Shown in pieces: positions 55,463-64,000 of a stretch of DNA of 64,000 nucleotides. The notes beneath the pieces were generated by a model, which saw only the letters and a list, made by a program, of their open reading frames with translations, had not been told where the DNA came from and did not search any database. Positions within the stretch are counted from its first letter, which is position 1, and every line of letters starts with the position of its first letter. The stretch comes from Octopus vulgaris (Eukaryota). Location: contig OX597816.1 of NCBI GenBank assembly GCA_951406725.2, forward strand, positions 40,238,001-40,302,000, given 5' to 3'. Both the position numbers and the translations under genes were made by a program.

Positions 55463-55720
55463 GGCTGCCCCCTCGTTATCGAGTATGGCCATTGCATGAA
55501 GCTTAACCGTTACTGGTGCTGTGATCGAATGTGACTTTTTAGCCCAGCTAAAGATCTACAATGTCTTGTACAAAATTGGCAACTAAAACCTTTACTGGTA
55601 ATAGCCGGCTGTATTTGTAACTGGGCTTCATGTACCTTAGCATGTCGTTTAAGTCCTCCTGCCGAATTACACTCTCTTCCACATGCCCGATTAGTATGGT
55701 GTGTCACACCACCACCAGTG
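55460..55720 (-). mobile_element. RTE-type LINE 3' end with C-terminal zinc fingers
   Basis: CGRECNSAGGLKRH ... CQFCTRHCRSLAGLKSHIRSQH*, short UTR ending at (TA)n. Confidence 0.65.
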
Positions 55721-56224
55721 GCCAGGTTGTCACTCATCTCGTTTTATGACTACGAAGATGACTCTTGAGTCATATATATACGTATATACATACACTCACA
55801 CACACACTCACACACATACATACACACACACATACACACACACGCGCACACGCACACACACACACATAAATATATGTAAAGATTTTATTGTTTACAATAA
55901 CATCAGGTGGTATAGCATGCATAAAACAATACCATGAGATAAAACAAATAATTAATGAATAATTAAGGGCACTACAGGTAGCACCAGGACGCTAAAAATA
56001 GCAGTCAGAACACAGCTACAACCACAAACTTCTTCTGATACACATTAATTGAAGTCGGGGGAATGAACAAAAAATCGTGATAATACGGGTATGTCTGACT
56101 TTTCAATTTACAATTCTTTTCGTTATTGGAACGGGTTTGGAATATTTACTCATTCCTCCGACTTCATTTAAAGTGTATTAGTGAAAATTTGTGGTTGTGT
56201 TTTCTGACTGCTAATTTTAGCGTG

Positions 56225-56506
56225 CCGGTGCAACGCGGTCGTAGAATCGCGGTTTCGATTCCTAGACCGGGCGTTGTGAGTGTTTATTGAGCGAAAACAC
56301 CTAAAGCTCCACGAGGCTCCGGCAGGGGATGGTGGCGATCCCTGCTGTACTCTTTCACCACAACTTTCTCTCACTCTTTCTTCTGTTGGCTTGCTCGCTT
56401 AGCCAGCGGGGTGGCGTCATTTAAAGGCTAAAAAAACAATGCGAAGCGCATTGTGACCAGCGATGTGTAGCAACATCTGATAGCCTGGTCGGTCACGGTG
56501 ATCACG

Positions 56507-56510
<4 letters not shown>
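56225..56510 (+). mobile_element. SINE-C-head variant with a third tail type
   Basis: SINE-C body to cactctttcttc, then a different tail ending (cacggtgat)2. Confidence 0.8.
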
Positions 56511-56585
<75 letters not shown>

Positions 56586-56635
56586 GTGTGTGTGTGTGTG
56601 AGCGTGCGTGTGTGGTATCTATGTATGTATTTATG

Positions 56636-56950
56636 TCGCCTGGTGGCTAGGGTATTCGGTTCACGATAGTAAGGTTGTGAGTTCAATTTCCGGGCGGTAT
56701 CTTGTGTCCTTGAGCAAGACACTCACTTTCACGTTGCTCCAGTCTCTGTAAGCTTGCAAAAAGGAGTAGTACCTGTATGTTAAGGGGCCTACCTTATCAG
56801 ACTCTATGTCACGTTGAATCTCCTTGAGAACTACACGAATGGTACGCATGTCTGTGGAGTGTACAGCCGCTTGTACGTTAATTTCTTGAGCAAGCTGTTT
56901 CGTTGATTGGATCAAATGGAACCCTCGTCGTCGTCACCGATGGAGTGCTA
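56636..56950 (+). mobile_element. SINE-C' (CORE-like head with SINE-C tail)
   Basis: gtgtccttgagcaagacact; tail accctcgtcgtcgtcaccgatggagtgct. Confidence 0.8.
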
Positions 56951-57364
56951 CACGCACACACATGCTTGAAACTGCCAGTAAAACACTCTTGTACTGACCA
57001 TTACCCTACGCACAGCCTAAGAAACACATTACACAAAAGACAGCCACTCCTACTACCAAATTCTTCCTACAACAGTAAGCGACACAAAGTTCACTCACAC
57101 ATACACATATAACAGCCGAAACCACACACACAAACACATACAACGCATAGACACACACACGCACACACACGTGCTATTATACCCACACGGACTTGCGCGC
57201 ACGCACATACCCACACATACACACATACCTCCTTCTCTTACATTCTCCTGTCTTACAAAGAACTTTTTCTTCACCCATTCCCTTCCGGTTATTTCAAAAT
57301 GTAACCACATGTGAATCGTTGGCGATTTTCTTCCTCCGTCTTCCTTTCTATTGGACTTTCCTCT

Positions 57365-57400
57365 GTTTTCGAAGAAGAGCGTTTGCTCGAAACGTTAAAC
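57365..57400 (+). ncRNA. Minimal HHR motif (C3U/U4C) in a PLE-like repeat
   Basis: GTTT TCGAAGA a GAGC-gttt-GCTC GAAA CG TT AAAC; downstream TTCCTGAGCGT. Confidence 0.6.
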
Positions 57401-57506
57401 CATATTTCTTTCCTGAGCGTCTGCTAATACATTACATGTACCACGTCCTCCAGTTGTTTTTTGTGTTTGTTCGTTTTGGATTTACATACACATATACATA
57501 CATACA

Positions 57507-57630
<124 letters not shown>

Positions 57631-57924
57631 CATATATATATATATATATATAAATCAATAGCTTGCCAGTGGATAAGACTGACGATATCATTAACGATGA
57701 AATTCGAAATCACTATCAAAATTATAAGTAACGTTCGATTTTGCATCGTAGTAAGTAATTGTTTTCTTATTAATCTCTGCAATCTATACAATTTTGAAAA
57801 ATGTCCTTTAACTCTTTGTTCCCCTCGGTCAAATTTCAAATTTCTTTACTCGGTTCTATTAATGTTACGATATATCTAATGGCAATAAGAAATCATCATC
57901 ATTATCGTCGTCCTCGTCATCATC

Positions 57925-57967
<43 letters not shown>

Positions 57968-57987
57968 CCATTACAGTCTGTCTTGGT

Positions 57988-58027
<40 letters not shown>

Positions 58028-58104
58028 AAATAGTTGTTCTTATATTTTCACAACGAGTCGTCGTTGACTTGTTGCATTGCTGTACCTTTTTATAGTAAGT
58101 AGAA

Positions 58105-58575
58105 TTAAGTATAACCAAAATTATTTTCTGTATCTGAGTATATAGTACACAGTTGTCGAATGTGTCCTTCCTTTAATTTAACTGTACTGTTTGATTTGGA
58201 GGAGCAATTGTAGCTGTTTCTAGCAGGTCGAACAATCACATACGAGTATCTATTTTCGCTAGTAGTTGGTGTATTGTTGATAATAAGTCGAAAACCGAAA
58301 GTGCTAGTAATGATGTCGGTGTATTGTTGTAGCTTATGTTGTGTTAGTGATGGTTGATAGGAATGTTGTTGCTGGAGCCCATGTTTAAATTCATTTGCCA
58401 TAGGCGCAGGAGTGGCTGTGTGGTAAGTAGCTTGCTTACCAACAACATGGTTCCGGGTTCAGTCCCACTGCGTGGCATCTTGGGCAAGTGTCTTCTACTA
58501 TAGCCTCGGGCCGAGCAAAGACTTGTGAGTGGATTTGGTAGACGGAAACTGAAAGAAGCCCGTCGTATATATGTA

Positions 58576-58629
<54 letters not shown>

Positions 58630-59030
58630 TGTGTGTGTATGTTTGTGTGTCTGTGTTTGTCCCTCTAGCATTGCTTGACAACCGATGCTGGTGTGTTTAC
58701 GTCGCCGTCACTTAGCAGTTCGGCAAAAGAGACCGATAGAATAAGTACTGGGCTTACAAATAATAAGTCCCGGGATCGATTTGCTCGACTAAAGGCGGTG
58801 CTCCAGCATGGCCGCAGTCAAATGACTGAAACAAGTAAAAGAGTAAAAGAGTAAAAGAGTATTGTTTTGTCAGATGAGGTAGGTTAGAGCTAATAACCGA
58901 TGTTCGTAGCCTCCGAGACTGGTATACAGAAGACAGGAAGTTATCCGCGTTCTAGTTCTAATGAAATCTTGGCTCTAATGCATGAATACAAATGGACTCC
59001 CAACAACTTTGGGTGTGGTTAAATCAGAAC
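58105..59030 (-). pseudogene. Possible ancient PLE ORF remnant split by SINE-B
   Basis: Weak matches VF*FNH (WFNPP-like) and YNCSSKSN..LKG (CNC...CPL.G-like). Confidence 0.3.
58403..58860 (+). mobile_element. SINE-B, full length
   Basis: Homologous to 13505-13902; (GTAAAAGA)n tail. Confidence 0.92.
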
Positions 59031-59816
59031 ACTGTTTAAGTCAATCATTGATAAGTAAGTACGATTCCTCAGACGGTGTCTTCTACAATTTCCGTCTGTT
59101 TACCCTTAAAACTTTTGATGGACTAAATGCTGTGATAGAACAAAGATAAATCAAACAGAAGACGAAATCAGAAAAAGAAAACCGCTTGATCAAATTATTA
59201 GCCTGCGTGACTAAACCCCAAACCGCATAGATATAAATCGAACTTCTTAACCGCACAGCCATGCATGCGGCCGATGCCATCGAAGTGCTGAAGGTGGCTG
59301 TGTTGGTAGTGTTGGCGGCGGCATAACAATGTCTGGTGTTTGTTCGTTATACAATTGCTGATGGTGGTGGTGCTGAAACAAACAAGCAAACAAAAAAACA
59401 AAGAGGTTACGTCAGATGTGGTTGTTATAGAGGCAGTACCGGCTCTCTAACAGTTACTCTTATTCAAAGAGAAATCGAAGAACTGATTGCATCTTTCGTT
59501 TCACTAGTTACGGTGAATAAATATTTCTGGTAATTACTACGGCTTGGCAATATAAGTAGATTTGTTACTGCACTAAAGTGACCTCTGCAAGTAATCTGGA
59601 GCAACGCGTAGATTGGAGAATGTTATATAATTCCAGCTGTTGCAACATACATGTGCGTGTGGGAATATGGGAATAGAAGCATAAGTATGTAGTGAGATCA
59701 ACTCGCACACTCATTCGCTACTCTTTCCCTCACTTATACACACACACAGACATGTATGTATATATTATATAATATATAATATTATATATACACACATGCA
59801 TAGTATCAATACATAC

Positions 59817-59886
<70 letters not shown>

Positions 59887-60251
59887 TTATATATACATAC
59901 TTATATATATATAAGTATATATATATGTGTATATATAAGTATATATATATATGTAAGTATGTATATATGCATGTATGTATATCTCTATCTCTCTCTCTAT
60001 ATTGATTGATTGATTCTAGTTTCAGCTTATGAGCTGTGGCCATGCTGGGGCACCGCCATTTATATATATATATATATACATCTGTTTAACTCTCTCTATA
60101 TACATAGGCATATATATAGATGTATATAAATGTATATGCATGCATAAATACAAGAATATATATACATTTACATATATGCATACAAACATATGCATACATG
60201 CAAACATATATGTATATAAACGTATACATATACATACATACATACATACAC

Positions 60252-60294
<43 letters not shown>

Positions 60295-60949
60295 AACATA
60301 TACATATATATATATATATATATATAAATATACACACACATATATATATATATATATAGTTTTGTATATATGCATATACGCACCCAATCAACATAACAGA
60401 TTTAGAAAGAAAAGAGTGATTTGTCAATAAACATACAAAATGCCTATTTCAAATCGATTGATGTCTTAATCACAAAACAGATATGCACTTACAAGCACTC
60501 TCATGATGTATTTCACTCCCTATCTCCCTCTTTCTCTCCTTTCTTTCTCATTTACTGTTTATAATACGTGTATAGACATATGTGTGTTCGACTTTTCATG
60601 TGTGTGTGTGCTTGCGCACGAGTTCGAGTTGCGTCTGCGAATAATTTGTCTGTATTTGTACATTAATATGAAAGAATTCAAGAATATACTGCCAACATTA
60701 TATATATATATATATATATATATGCATATAGTATTGATATTTGAATGTGTGCATGTGTATGTGTGCGCGTGTATATATCCATATGCATGGTCATGTATTG
60801 TATGAAATTGAGTGCATATATATATATGCTAATATTTGCGTTTGTGCACTTGTGTGAATGTGTGCACCACTGTATGCATACATATATGTGCTTTAGTTCA
60901 ATGCAAATGAAAAGAATGCACATTTTGATTACAACAATATTGATATGCA

Positions 60950-60997
<48 letters not shown>

Positions 60998-61032
60998 CAT
61001 ACATATATATATATGTATATATATATACATAC

Positions 61033-61101
<69 letters not shown>

Positions 61102-61163
61102 TGTATTGTAAGTGCATATATGTATGTATATATATAAGTGCATATATATGTACGTATATATAT

Positions 61164-61207
<44 letters not shown>

Positions 61208-61373
61208 ATATATTTACACAAATACTGTATATAGATATATGTGTGTGGATGTGCGTATATTTTGATGTAAGTAAATGGACAAATGCAAAACCTTTCACCA
61301 ATAATAATAGTAAAAATATTTGCTCATTGGGACAATAGTTGCTATAATTCAAAGCAATTATATATGAAAAATA

Positions 61374-61454
<81 letters not shown>

Positions 61455-61624
61455 AATGTACCTGCATATATAAACAAACGACTGCACACACACATATATG
61501 TATGTATATATTTCTGTTAGAAAATAGAAAATACATGCATATACATGTATTAATATACACACTCAGACACAAAGTTTAGATGCATATATATATATATATA
61601 TATATGCAACCACATACACATATA

Positions 61625-61700
<76 letters not shown>

Positions 61701-61924
61701 GAAAGTGGCTCCCTCTGCATTGAATGGAAGAAAATAGTACAAAGGACAAAGACAGAATTGTTGAAAGAACCGGATATCGAAAGCATGGGCCATTCAGTAC
61801 AGAAATATTGAAGTTGTTTAAATATACCTGCATTTCCATTTAAAACGTGGCACGAATGTTGTTGTCTCCTGTTCTCTCTCTAGTGTTTGCTATTATCTCC
61901 CCCATACTACGTATAATTTGTGAT

Positions 61925-61989
<65 letters not shown>

Positions 61990-62249
61990 TGATGATCATG
62001 ATATTGATGATGATAATAAGGATGATGATAATGATGAAGATGATTATGATAACGATAATGACGTTAATAAATATAATACAAATAATAAATGTAATAACAA
62101 CCATAATGGCAACAATAATAATAATGTTAACAATCATGATAGTTTCAAATTGTGGTACGAAGACAGTAATTTTTAAGGTAGTGGACTCTACAATTCAACT
62201 TTTATTTATTCTTCAGATACTTAAACGATGCAAGGCAAATAATAATAAC

Positions 62250-62320
<71 letters not shown>

Positions 62321-62322
<2 letters not shown>

Positions 62323-62876
62323 GCCCTGATGCAGTACCAGGCAGTGGCTCTCATGGCTTCTGATCTTAACTGATTGGATGTGTTATCATGTACATTGTTT
62401 TGCCTTGATATAAAAGATGGGCTACAGCAAATATTCTGCTCAATACCACATATTTGCTTGTCAGTTGTTTGACCGTAACCAGTTGAGCATGTCCCTTAGT
62501 GGCTGACGATATGTGCATCTCTGATCACGAGCAGAAGTAGTGGGGGAGCATCATAGCCATGTGTTGAGAGGGATTCTTTGGGGTTTGAATGATTCACCTT
62601 TGGAAACATGGGTGGTTCATTCAACATCCTTAAACAACCCTTATTCAGGGACCTTTTGAGCGGGATGGGCTACTCAACCTGAAGAAAATTCTAACTGGGC
62701 CCCACCTGCAAGGTCATGTGCTGTTTATCTTGATATGAGATCACAATGTCGCGCACATATGGTTGTGATGCATGTGCCTGGTGTACCCTTATCAGACGGG
62801 TAGTCATGATGGGTATACTGGGCTTCATATATTTTACCCCAGTGTAACTTTGATGGCATGAACTGCTCTCTCACTC

Positions 62877-62877
<1 letters not shown>
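62321..62877 (+). mobile_element. About 555-bp non-coding element inserted in (AAT)n
   Basis: Sharp boundaries with (AAT)n on both sides; internal module shared with 11405. Confidence 0.7.
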
Positions 62878-62917
<40 letters not shown>

Positions 62918-62924
62918 TAATAAT

Positions 62925-63137
62925 CCTTTCTACTATAGGCACACGACCTGAAATTTGTGGGGAGGGGACTAGTCGATTACATCGATCCAGTTTTTTACTG
63001 GTACTTAATTTATCGACCCCGAAAAGATGAAAGGCAAAGTCAATCTCGGCGGAATTTGAACTGAGAACTTAGCGTCGGGCGAAACACCGCTGGGTATTTC
63101 ATCCAGCGTGCTAACAATTCTGCCAGCTCGCCGCCTT
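62925..63137 (-). mobile_element. SINE-A (A2 tail) in (AAT)n
   Basis: Reverse SINE-A head tgccagctcgccgcctt. Confidence 0.9.
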
Positions 63138-63149
63138 AATAATAATAGT

Positions 63150-63221
<72 letters not shown>

Positions 63222-63387
63222 CATAATAATAATAATACTTTATTTCTATAAAAAAAAAATGAACGAACTAGTGAGTTTAGTTTAATGGCCTACCAATGTA
63301 TACTATGAGTTTCTTTGCCCTAGGAGTCGGGAAGACACTCGGCAAGAAATGGAAGCAAATTTGAAAGAAGAAGAAAAACCCATTAAC

Positions 63388-63422
<35 letters not shown>

Positions 63423-63448
63423 TAATAATGATAATAATGATAATAATA

Positions 63449-63541
<93 letters not shown>

Positions 63542-63557
63542 TTAATAATAATAATAA

Positions 63558-64000
63558 CTTGGTCTCGATAAAGGGAAAATGACAGAAACATGCATTGTTA
63601 ATCTTGACCAGCAGAATGTCATAAAGGAATTAGAACCAGCAGAGAGCTACAAATACCTATTGGTATTTGAAGAGGACAGAATCAAACAGTTAGTGACGAG
63701 GGAAAGGATCAGAGGAGAATGTTATCGCAGGGTAAGGGCAATACTCAAGACAGAGTTGAATGCAAGAAACAAGATCGAAGCGATCAATACTTTAGCCATA
63801 CCATTCGTGACTTTCAGTTTCAATATCATTAACTGGTCAATTACCGAAATATGTAATCTTGACAGAAAAATACGAAAATTGTTTACAATGCATAGAATGC
63901 ACCACTCTAAGGCAGATATAGAAAAAAGGGTGGCCTTGGACTTTTGTAACTGGAATTAGCAATGAAGATTGCCACAATTGACCTAGACACATACTTGAAA
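63558..64000 (+). mobile_element. 5'-truncated R4/Dong-type LINE (RT thumb region), running off the window
   Basis: YKYL...ILKTELNARNKIEAINTLAIP...LDRKIRKL...HHSKAD; directly follows (AAT)n. Confidence 0.85.

Noticed and set aside
55510-55737. Host C2H2 zinc-finger gene
   Set aside because: No TGEKP linkers; the SxxGLxSH pattern and short tail fit an RTE LINE C-terminus
62321-62360. HDV-like ribozyme at the 5' end of the (AAT)n-inserted element
   Set aside because: A P1-like pairing exists (GCCCTGA/TCATGGC) but P1.1, P3 and J4/2 cannot be assigned

Overview
This is AT-rich eukaryotic (animal) genomic DNA with no convincing host protein-coding gene. The repeat families and extreme microsatellite load resemble octopus (coleoid cephalopod) intronic or intergenic sequence; that is recognition, not a database result. 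Almost every listed ORF is a microsatellite or SINE artefact. The real content is: (1) about 30 copies of three modular tRNA-derived SINE groups (called A, B and C here), several with clear target-site duplications (TSDs); (2) decayed DNA transposons: three DD37D/maT copies, an IR/DR Tc1 (DD34E), mariner and Tc2/pogo-type elements, and an internally deleted Helitron with a nested Tc1; (3) LINE fragments of CR1, RTE and R4/Dong type; (4) a solo LTR with a 4-bp TSD; (5) Penelope-like element (PLE) remnants. The most notable signal is about 11 minimal type-I hammerhead-ribozyme (HHR) motifs from several unrelated sequence families. Three have an intact core (5268-5337, 7111-7217, 27560-27620), several lie in inverted pairs, and one TSD-flanked PLE couples a tRNA-like Pol III promoter to the HHR. 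Also notable is a SINE-A variant inserted as 1, 2 or 4 tandem 184-bp modules. Folds were read by eye and none was computed.
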